Source: Anaerolineae bacterium
GTDB taxonomy: Bacteria; Chloroflexota; Anaerolineae; JAADDB01
Direction of reading: 5' to 3'
Length of the DNA stretch: 44,565 bases
Assembly (NCBI GenBank): GCA_015486895.1
Contig: WFQT01000412.1
Span: 1-44,565 of the forward strand
Below the pieces are notes generated by a model. It did not search any database. It saw nothing but the letters and a program-made list of their open reading frames with translations, and was not told the DNA's origin. Of the stretch, positions 1-6,768 are shown piece by piece. Numbering within the stretch: position 1 is the stretch's first letter; the number at the start of each line of letters is the position of its first letter. The translations under genes were made by a program, and so were the position numbers.

Positions 1-125
1 CCTGAGATACGTCCCATCTCATAGAGTCTGCCCAGCGTATAGATGAATACCTGCTTGCGAAAGTCCTCAGGTTCTTCCCGCAAAGCTACCACAACCTCTT
101 CGGGGAAGACAACTTCTACACTCAT
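1..125 (-). CDS. UPF0175-family (antitoxin-like) small protein, N-terminal part; continues beyond the left edge
   Basis: Own translation from ATG at 123-125: MSVEVVFPEEVVVALREEPEDFRKQVFIYTLGRLYEMGRIS... This fits the UPF0175 pattern (..LYE.G+IS). GGAGG (rc of 133-137) lies 7 nt upstream. It is absent from the ORF track because the window edge truncates it. Confidence 0.5.
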   Translation of the reverse strand, partial: MSVEVVFPEEVVVALREEPEDFRKQVFIYTLGRLYEMGRIS

Positions 126-317
126 CCTGGTGCCTCCATTATGCATGCCCAAGCGGCAAGGCTTGACATGCTGACCAACATCCTCCCGCTTGTGTGGAAG
201 GAGAGATGCCCAGTAGTCAAGACCTGACTCTCACGCTCAGAATTCCCGGTCAGTTGACCACTACTAGTGTAGCACATGTCCGGCGACACGTCCAGTCCCC
301 GGGAAAAGGCCAGGGGG

Positions 318-401
318 TCAGAAGTCAGAAGTCAGAAGTCAGAAGTCAGAGGCCAGAGATCAGAGGGCAGAGGGCAGAAGTCAGAAGTCGGAGATCAGGG
401 G
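318..401. repeat. Degenerate heptanucleotide tandem array (TCAGAAG type), about 12 units
   Basis: Read directly: tcagaag x4, then tcagagg, ccagaga, tcagagg, gcagagg, gcagaag, tcagaag, tcggaga, tcagggg. Confidence 0.9.
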
Positions 402-552
402 TTGGGGAGCGGCTGGGGGATTTGAGCATGCTGCCGACCTCTCTGCTGAGGGCGGTCAACTGAGCGTGTTGCTTGTCTGAGATGTAGCCGCAGTCATGCG
501 CAAAGCCCAGTGACGAATCCGTCTCGCTGTTTTCGCCATCACAGTCGGTCAA
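346..552 (-). pseudogene. C-terminal fragment of a four-helix-bundle (23S rRNA IVS-type) protein gene; its tail runs into the heptamer array
   Basis: The translation ..FISKLTDCDGENSETDSSLGFAHDCGYISDKQHAQLTALSREVGSMLKS resembles the C-terminal half of the four-helix-bundle family (F..KL....E..ET...L....GYI). A TGA lies immediately upstream of this stretch, so the N-terminal half is missing. Confidence 0.35.
413..552. repeat. 140-nt direct repeat, copy 1 (partner at 2680-2819)
   Basis: Hand alignment with 2680-2819 is gap-free with about 10 mismatches. Each copy is preceded by a heptamer array. Confidence 0.85.
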
Positions 553-590
553 TTTGCTGATAAAATGCGCTCAGCCTCCCCAGGAATAGA

Positions 591-835
591 ACGCTGATGA
601 CGCTGATTTTCGCTGATCTTCTCTGATTTTATCTGCGGGTATCTGCGTGAAATCTGCGGTATCTGCGTTCGATTTGGTCAAGGCTGAACAGTTACTTCTG
701 ATAAACGGTCAACTCTTGCAACCACAAATTGGCAACCACGAATTACACTAATTACACGAATTTTGCAACTACGAATTGCCCGAACTACACGATCTGACTT
801 CTGGATCTTGTTCTCTGACTTCTGTCCTCTGTCAT
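591..835. repeat. Word-repeat island A (GCTGAT, ATCTGCG, CACGAATT and GACTTCTG words)
   Basis: Successive short runs are visible: gctgat x3-4, atctgcg x4, (c)acgaatt-type x5, and gacttctg x2. The last word is the reverse complement of the 318-401 heptamer. Confidence 0.85.
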
Positions 836-909
836 CCCGCCGCTTCCAGCAAGTGCCATCGCGGCTCTCCCAGGGAAGCCGCGCCTTCGACACAGAAGTA
901 TCATCCACT

Positions 910-1713
910 TTAAGCTAATCCCAGATCGCGCAAGCGCCGCCGTACCGATCGTAAGACCTCAGCCATATAAGGCAAGTCCGACACCTGGACCGCCAGACGG
1001 GATGCCCAGAGCTTGTCGAATGTCCCCGCCTTGTTTCTCAGAGCTTCGCCAAGTCGGGTTGGATCTTGCCCTTTGTGCCGGCACTTGGCGGAGAAGCTGG
1101 CCGACAAGAAGCTCAAATCCACATCGTTCCAATCAAACAGCCGGTAGACATCGTACAGATCACGGGGTTCGGTACGCCCTATCAGAGCACACAGTTTCTC
1201 GGTCAGGATTTCCTCCAGGGTATAGGTAGGTAACCTGACATTCGTCGGATAGTCACTGTAAGGCGCTTGCACCAGTCGCTCGCTCAAGGGATACAGTAAC
1301 AATTCGCCCCGCGTGATGTCCACTTTCAGATGTCGCGCGTCAAGGCGCGCCCTCAATGGCCCCACATAGTTGATCAGCAACGTCGTACTTTCGAAGACGC
1401 TCTGTTCTGCACTCCGCAACGTAAAGATCAGGTTTACTTGCTGGCTCAACCAGGTGAAGAGGGCTTCAAAGGCACTGGTTAAGTCAGCATGGGATCGGTC
1501 AGCACAAAGGGTAAAATCGAGATCCTCTGAAAAGCGGTAGTCGGGATAATAAGCCTTCTTGAGTGCTGTGCCTCCTTTGAAGGCCAGATCATTCCGCAGA
1601 TCACTCTTCGCAATGGCGATCAGCAACTAGCTTAGAACGTAGTCTTTTTCGATCACGCGATCGCCTACGCCAAGGTGGTGAGCTAATCTGGCAATTTCAG
1701 CAGTCGAGATCAT
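910..1713 (-). pseudogene. abiEii: AbiEii/AbiGii-family nucleotidyltransferase toxin (type IV TA) interrupted by an in-frame TAG at 1627-1629
   Basis: ORF 910-1626 carries FKGGTALKK...RFSEDLDF. Own translation upstream gives MISTAEIARLAHHLGVGDRVIEKDYVLS-TAG-LLIAIAKS. The family motif is EKDYVLSW.L, so this looks like TGG changed to TAG. ATG at 1711-1713 lies 4 nt after the abiEi stop. Confidence 0.75.
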
Positions 1714-1717
1714 GACA

Positions 1718-2539
1718 TTATGTCCACACTGTGGCTTTTAACTCTTCAGGATCCAGGTTGATGCGCAATCGCCAACGGGCACGATAGACCCCCACATCGG
1801 GTAGCGTAGGATCCAGCAGTGTGTACCGGCGATTGATGAATGAACGCAAGGCGGAGATCGTCTCCGGACGCCCAAGGCCGTAGGTTTCCAGCAGAAAACC
1901 AATCCGTTTGGCGGCTGCCTTGTGATCCAACCGACGGACGTAGGCTACCAGGCGGTCTTCGTCCAGGTCATCCTTGCGTAGCCACAACCCTCTCGCCAGC
2001 TCGGCCAGCCCACCGCATAACTCCGGGCGAACGACACAGTCAAGCAACGTCTTTTCCAGATCGCTGACCCGCACCTGTTCCTGGTCGGTAGCCCAGATGC
2101 TTTCCCAGCCCCAGAAGGAGCGCCGGTTGGCGTAGACAAAGCGGTACTCGACGCCAGCGATGACCCGCTGGGCGCGTTGCCGAGGCACGGTCACGTACAA
2201 CGTATTTACCGGCTGAGTGGTCATCTGATGCAGTTCCATGGCGCTGTAGTGGGAGATGTAGTAGGGAAGAGGGGTCAACACTTCGCGGGCAATCACGTAT
2301 CGATCGGCCATGGGAATGCCTTCCAATCCGGCCTCCAACGGCACAATTAAGTACTTGCCCGGCACCAACCGCACCAACCACCCTTTATGGGCCAATTGGC
2401 TGAGGAGTGTGGCGGTGGCTTTGTAATCCTTATGGGTGATGGCCTGGGCATCAGCGATGGAGAAAATGGTTTTCCCCTGGGCGCTGAGGCGCAACAAGAG
2501 TTCCGCACTAGCCGGCCCCAATGTTTTCGTAGCCTTCAT
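1718..2539 (-). CDS. abiEi: AbiEi-family antitoxin / transcriptional regulator (type IV TA)
   Basis: The 279-aa ORF has an N-terminal wHTH-like region (..AELLLRLSAQGKTIFSIADAQAIT..) and the length and context of AbiEi directly upstream of AbiEii. The start is set at ATG 2537-2539, which has GGAAGG 8 nt upstream. An alternative ATG lies at 2555-2557. Confidence 0.75.
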   Translation of the reverse strand: MKATKTLGPASAELLLRLSAQGKTIFSIADAQAITHKDYKATATLLSQLAHKGWLVRLVPGKYLIVPLEAGLEGIPMADRYVIAREVLTPLPYYISHYSAMELHQMTTQPVNTLYVTVPRQRAQRVIAGVEYRFVYANRRSFWGWESIWATDQEQVRVSDLEKTLLDCVVRPELCGGLAELARGLWLRKDDLDEDRLVAYVRRLDHKAAAKRIGFLLETYGLGRPETISALRSFINRRYTLLDPTLPDVGVYRARWRLRINLDPEELKATVWT

Positions 2540-2580
2540 AGTCGTTACCTTCCGCATCCGATATTCAATACGTCAAGCGG

Positions 2581-2609
2581 ATTATACCATACAAAAGGTA
2601 ACTCAACAA
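2581..2609 (-). promoter_or_regulatory. Candidate sigma70-type promoter for abiEi-abiEii
   Basis: The minus strand reads TTGTTG (rc of 2604-2609), 17 nt, then TATAAT (rc of 2581-2586), with TG one base upstream of the -10 element. Confidence 0.4.
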
Positions 2610-2633
2610 CCATCGTAAGAGCATCGTAAGAGA

Positions 2634-2675
2634 TCAGAGGACAGAAGTCAGAGGTCAGAGATCAGTGGTCAGGAG
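2634..2675. repeat. Degenerate heptanucleotide array (about 6 units), same family as 318-401
   Basis: Units read: tcagagg, acagaag, tcagagg, tcagaga, tcagtgg, tcaggag. The array is preceded by the 11-mer catcgtaagag x2 (2611-2632). Confidence 0.85.
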
Positions 2676-2966
2676 GCTGCTGGGGGATTTGAGCATGCCG
2701 CCGACCTCTCTGTTGAGAGCGGTCAACTGAGCGTGTTGCTCGTCTGAGATATAGCCGTAGTCATGCGCAAAGTCCGGTGACGAATCCGCCTCGCTGTTTT
2801 CGCCATCACAGCCGGTCAACCCTTCGATGCTCAAGCGGTCGTTGTAGCCGATCTCAGAGTAGCGGTAGTGCGACGCGGGGCTCGTCTGGGTGGTCAGCTT
2901 GCTAGCGTGAGCGATAAAAGCGATGCTATCAACGTCACCCCTACGATACTGAAATTCTAGTCTGTG
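2655..2966 (-). pseudogene. Longer four-helix-bundle protein gene fragment (no start codon, N-terminus missing)
   Basis: Own translation: ..IAHASKLTTQTSPASHYRYSEIGYNDRLSIEGLTGCDGENSEADSSPDFAHDYGYISDEQHAQLTALNREVGGMLKS.. The C-terminal half is paralogous to 346-552. The frame opens only after a stop at 2967-2969 and overlaps the protease gene end. Confidence 0.3.
2680..2819. repeat. 140-nt direct repeat, copy 2
   Basis: See 413-552. Confidence 0.85.
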
Positions 2967-3343
2967 TTAAGTAATTGCGTCCATTCGGCGGGTCCATCCA
3001 ACAAGATTTGTAATCGATTAAGCACATTACGTCCGAGAACAGCCTCTGCACCCAACTCATCACCCACTACGTAGATGCCGGGCAGCGTTATTTCGCTGAT
3101 TTGCAGATCGACCAAATATAAAAAGACGGCCCGGCGTTCACCCCACTGACTACGCAGCCCGACTTCAATAGCCCGACGCGCACCGATCTGTTGCAGATAT
3201 TGGATGGGGATGATCGTAGCGTCAGCGCCGGTGTCAACAATTGCCGTCAATTTCACCTGCTGTCCAGTCGGTTTCGCAGTCAGCGTTACATCACACACGG
3301 GAAGTGCTGGATTATAGGTTGTATCGTACGGGAATTTATTCAT
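2957..3343 (-). CDS. Single-domain retropepsin-like (clan AA) aspartic protease
   Basis: 128 aa with the catalytic signature VDTGADATIIP and a later GRNVL element, typical of small homodimeric bacterial/archaeal retropepsin-like proteins. Its ATG overlaps the upstream stop (ATGA at 3340-3343). Confidence 0.75.
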   Translation of the reverse strand: MNKFPYDTTYNPALPVCDVTLTAKPTGQQVKLTAIVDTGADATIIPIQYLQQIGARRAIEVGLRSQWGERRAVFLYLVDLQISEITLPGIYVVGDELGAEAVLGRNVLNRLQILLDGPAEWTQLLNTD

Positions 3344-3717
3344 GCACTGGTCTCAACCTGATCAATTCGTCCCCCGAGCCAGCGCAGTTCGCGGCGCGAC
3401 TGGGTGTTGACCGCAGCAATAAGAACAGGCAGCAAACCAAATCGTTCTCGAACCCGTTCTTCCAAACGTGATACATCTTTGTCGTGGTCTACTACTTTGC
3501 CTCGATATAAAGCAATATACTCATCCGGATATGTCTTTAGTAAATCATCATGCATCGCCCAAAACATCTGGGTTTCAGAGCGAATGGCCTCTTTTTCCAG
3601 TTCATCAAGATAAGTTTGGACGGCAATCTCAAGTATTTTTTCGGCCGGCCGATCCGTCTCTCGGCCCCACTGTTCGACCTGTCTGACCAACGTAGGTTCC
3701 GCCAGGGCGATTTTCAT
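3340..3717 (-). CDS. DUF5678-like protein with possible N-terminal ribbon-helix-helix segment
   Basis: The C-terminal half, YPDEYIALYRGKVVDHDKDVSRLEERVRERFGLLPVLIAAV, fits the DUF5678 pattern. The N-terminus, KIALAEPTLVRQVEQW..AEKILEIAVQTYLDE, is RHH-like (weak). The start is set at ATG 3715-3717 with GAGGAA upstream. The ORF track extends to ATG 3768. Confidence 0.55.
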   Translation of the reverse strand: MKIALAEPTLVRQVEQWGRETDRPAEKILEIAVQTYLDELEKEAIRSETQMFWAMHDDLLKTYPDEYIALYRGKVVDHDKDVSRLEERVRERFGLLPVLIAAVNTQSRRELRWLGGRIDQVETSA

Positions 3718-3782
3718 TGTTTCCTCGCATCCTTTGTAATCTTTTTTGACGAGCAATCCCGTCGTCATTTTTTCATTCTCTT

Positions 3783-3811
3783 ATTATACCTGCCAGATCT
3801 CCAAAGATCAA
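3783..3811 (-). promoter_or_regulatory. Near-consensus sigma70-type promoter for the DUF5678/protease pair
   Basis: The minus strand reads TTGATC (rc of 3806-3811), exactly 17 nt, then TATAAT (rc of 3783-3788). Confidence 0.5.
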
Positions 3812-3870
3812 TCACTGCTAAGCTGACAAAGATTGACTGCCTACAGTATAGCACCACGCCCAGCAATGTG

Positions 3871-4362
3871 CAACCACGAATTTGCAACCACGAATTGCAC
3901 TAATTACACGAATTGAACCACGGATTTGCAACCACGAATTTGACGAATTGGACGAATTTCACGAATTGCACGAATTCAACCACAGATTGCGCAGATTACA
4001 CAGATTCTTTTCTCTTGTTCTTATCTGTGTGCGTAACCCGCGTTCTTAGAGAATAGGACACAGACCCACACAAAAAAACACAGATTTGCAACCACGAATT
4101 TGAAACCACGAATTGCACGAATTGCACGAATTGCACGAATTCAACCACACATTGCACAGATTACAGAGATTCTTTTCTCTTGTTCTTATCTGTGTGCGTA
4201 GCCTGTGTAAATCTGTGTCCCATATCTTTTTTGTTTTATCTGTGTGCGAAGCCTGCGTTTATCTGTGTCCTATATATTCTTAGAGTTTTATCTGCGTACG
4301 AAGTCTGCGTAAATCTGTGTCCCATATACTTTTTGAGTTTTATCTGTGTGCGAAGCCTGTGG
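3871..4362. repeat. Word-repeat island B (CACGAATT words, a 75-nt direct repeat, and a tandem unit of about 50-52 nt)
   Basis: Segments 3961-4035 and 4126-4200 are 75-nt direct repeats with 3 mismatches. The motif ttatctg(t/c)gt recurs at 4186, 4236, 4288 and 4340. An inverted unit lies around 4045-4085. Confidence 0.85.
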
Positions 4363-5030
4363 GCCGGAACTCGGGGATCAGGCCGCGCAGCTCTGCCAGG
4401 ATCGCATCCCCATCGCCGTCACGGGCTACGGAGGCCAGCGCCTCCACCGCGCCGTCCAGGTCCGCGGGCACGAAGCTGCTGGCGTTGGCTGCAATGAAGA
4501 TCTTCTCGTGCTGCGTGCGCTCGTACCGCTCGCCGGGGATGAACAGTTCTTCGAAGAGTTTTTCGCCGGGCCGCCTGCCGGTGAACTCGATCTCGATGTC
4601 CTCCCCAACCCGCAGGCCGGAAAGCTCGATCAGGTCCCGGGCCAGGTCCACGATTTTCACCGGCTCGCCCATGTCCAGGACGAAGACCTCGCCGCCGTGG
4701 CCCAGCACCGCCGCCTGCAACACCAACTGCACCGCCTCCGGGATGGTCATGAAGAAACGCCTCATCTCCGGGTGGGTGACGGTCACAGGGCCGCCCCTGG
4801 CTATCTGGCGCTGGATGGTGAGCACCACACTGCCCCGGCTGCCCAGCACGTTGCCGAATCGCACCGCAACGTAGGGCCGACCGCTCTCCCGCGCCGCCCG
4901 CAGCACCAGGTACTCCGCCAGGCGCTTGCTGGCACCCATGACGCTGGTGGGGTTAACCGCCTTGTCGGTGGAGATCATGACGAACCGCCCCACACCCACG
5001 GCCAAGCTCACCTCGCGCTGGGTGGATACA
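4340..5030 (-). pseudogene. C-terminal remnant of a CapD/PglF/WbpM-type polysaccharide 4,6-dehydratase (N-terminal half and more are missing)
   Basis: ..[31 protein letters not shown]...[13 protein letters not shown]...[19 protein letters not shown].. is the hallmark C-terminal part of the family. The first roughly 18 codons and the stop of the ORF are derived from flanking repeat words. Confidence 0.8.
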
Positions 5031-5036
5031 GAAGAA

Positions 5037-5262
5037 CGCAGATGACGCTGATAAGCGCTGATTTCCGCTGATCTTTTTTGCAACCACGAATTACACGAAT
5101 TGGGCGAATTGAACCACAGATTCTTTTCTTTGTTTTTATCTGCGTACGAAGTCAGCGTTTATCTGCATCCTATACTTCTTTTTGATCTGTATGCGCAGTC
5201 TGTGTGTATCTGTGTCCTATGTTTGTCTTTTTATCTATGTGCGTAGCCTGTGTCCTATTCCC
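5037..5262. repeat. Word-repeat island C (GCTGAT and CACGAATT words plus about 3 copies of the 47-52-nt unit)
   Basis: It has the same modules and orientation as island B. Unit starts are near 5136, 5184 and 5231. Confidence 0.85.
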
Positions 5263-5407
5263 TTGTCAACCGCCGGTCGGCGGCATCTTGCGCTGCCTGG
5301 AAGATGCGCCGGGCCTTATCCAGCCGTATTCCCGCCTTCTCGGCCAGATCATGCCCAGTGATGATGGTGTCAACGAGCTTTTCCGTCTCGGGATTACGAA
5401 ATGGCAA

Positions 5408-5450
5408 CGCAAACAAAACACCCCTGGTCGCCATTGATGGCCAGGGGTGT
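5408..5450 (-). terminator. Rho-independent terminator ending the operon
   Basis: A 10-bp GC-rich stem (5419-5428 acacccctgg pairs with 5441-5450 ccaggggtgt) has a 12-nt loop. On the minus strand it is followed by TTTTGTTTG. It lies 54 nt downstream of the stop at 5504. Confidence 0.65.
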
Positions 5451-5503
5451 AAGCAGAACTCGATGGGATACCTTTCATTCCACTTTCGATACAGGATGCC
5501 GAA

Positions 5504-6712
5504 TCAATCGGCATTACACTCCGTTTCTGGCACGCGAGCGCTCCTGTCCGAAGTCGACCGCACCGGCTCCTGCCGTCGCCGAAAGAGCAAGCGCAGGCCA
5601 AAAAGGATAAAACGCGGTTGCAACAATGGCAATCGCCACAAACCTCCCGCCATCTCGTCACGGTTGCGATGACTCAGGAACTCCCGCACGGATGGCGTGA
5701 CAGTCCGCACCAGTGCATCATAGCCCGCATTGTCCAACCGCTCCAGCAGCAGGCGCAGGAACCAGTGCACGTCCAGTTCTCGCTTCAAGGGACGCAACTC
5801 CCGGGCGTATGATGTCCCATGCAGAAGAGACCGCGCCGCTGCAGCAGCCCCCCACAACCCCATCACGGTTCCCCCCACCGTGCTCACTTTCACCTGACCG
5901 GCGGCATCCCCCACCAGCAGCACGGGCGCCTTGCCCACACGCCCCCACGGGCGCAGGCGTGGATGGTGCATGGCCACCTGGGCTCCCTGGTAGGCCAGGG
6001 GCACCAGGTCGTGACGCTGCAGGAAACGCTGCAACAGGACGCGAGTTCTGGCCCGGTCGTCCCCCACAAGGCCCACCACGCCACGGCCTGACGACTCCGG
6101 GATGAGCCAGTAGAAGAAACGCGTGTCGTCGACATCAAACCACACTTTCGTGACCTCTGGATCCCATCCCGGGGGCAAGGCCACTTCAGCCTGAAGGATG
6201 GACACAGACGGAGGGCAGTCTATGCCTGCAGCAGCCGCCACCTTGCTGGACACACCGTCCGCGCCGATGATCGCACCGGCATGTACGGTGGTCATCTCAC
6301 CATGGTTGTTACGCAGGAATAGCAAGGCCCCCTCTGGATGTGGTTCCAGCGCCTGAAAGCGATGACCGTAATAGATGACAACACCAGCATCTTCCGCCTC
6401 TCGCTCCAGGTGTTTGGCAAAGCGACGTCGCTCGACGATCAGATCGGGGTCTTGCAACTCAACGCTGACTGTCTCTCGCATAGTGACCACTTCCATCACC
6501 GATATGCGGTGGAGGACAGCATCATCGGGGAGGTATCCCAGCACCCGTTGCCACTGTGGCGTGACAATGAGTGTGCGCCGCGCCGGGGCGAGCTCGTGCT
6601 GGCGTTCAAAAATGGCTACTCGCTTGCCACCGCGCGCTAACTGGATCGCTGCATACAACCCTGCAGACGAAGCACCAACGATGGCCACATCATAGCTCAT
6701 CATCATTATCAC
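5504..6712 (-). CDS. FAD-dependent oxidoreductase, geranylgeranyl-reductase family
   Basis: Dinucleotide-binding N-terminus YDVAIVGASSAGLYAA...FER, then GADG and LLVGDAAGQV motifs; about 400 aa. Confidence 0.7.
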   Translation of the reverse strand: MIMMMSYDVAIVGASSAGLYAAIQLARGGKRVAIFERQHELAPARRTLIVTPQWQRVLGYLPDDAVLHRISVMEVVTMRETVSVELQDPDLIVERRRFAKHLEREAEDAGVVIYYGHRFQALEPHPEGALLFLRNNHGEMTTVHAGAIIGADGVSSKVAAAAGIDCPPSVSILQAEVALPPGWDPEVTKVWFDVDDTRFFYWLIPESSGRGVVGLVGDDRARTRVLLQRFLQRHDLVPLAYQGAQVAMHHPRLRPWGRVGKAPVLLVGDAAGQVKVSTVGGTVMGLWGAAAAARSLLHGTSYARELRPLKRELDVHWFLRLLLERLDNAGYDALVRTVTPSVREFLSHRNRDEMAGGLWRLPLLQPRFILFGLRLLFRRRQEPVRSTSDRSARVPETECNAD

Positions 6713-6768
6713 CTGTTCTTCTTAACATGATATCACGGTTCACATTTCCCAGCCACCGCAGCCACGGT

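Noticed and set aside
861-882. Hairpin gcggctctcccagggaagccgc downstream of abiEii as a terminator
   Set aside because: The stem is imperfect and no U-run follows on the minus strand.
194-908. ORFs 194-463 (+) and 678-908 (-); likewise 4180-4497 (+) and 5204-5437 (+)
   Set aside because: They are translations of heptamer and word-repeat arrays (for example SQKSEVRSQRPEIRGQRAEVRS) with no recognisable domain.
1627-1629. TAG in abiEii as a recoded sense codon (pyrrolysine or reassignment)
   Set aside because: TAG terminates several other well-supported genes in the window, and no pyl-type context is visible.
3871-4362. Possible CRISPR array, because of dense regularly spaced repeats
   Set aside because: The repeat words are only 6-9 nt, or units of about 50 nt that are themselves repetitive. 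There is no alternation of 28-37-nt repeats with unique spacers, and no cas genes are in the window.
4346-5071. Long plus-strand ORFs (for example 4346-5071, 5713-6105, 6841-7350, 8090-8806, 20262-20909, 25720-26271, 29862-30470, 39346-39954)
   Set aside because: Each lies antisense to a minus-strand ORF with clear family motifs. Their translations are Arg/Pro/Gly/His-rich low-complexity sequence, typical of shadow frames in GC-rich DNA.
5255-5407. Small minus-strand ORF (LPFRNPETEKLVDTIITGHDLAEKAGIRLDKARRIFQAAQDAADRRLTRE)
   Set aside because: It reads like a helical fragment of a real protein. However, it has only a TTG start lying inside the terminator U-tract, no SD, about 50 aa and no family I can name. 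It is probably another remnant.
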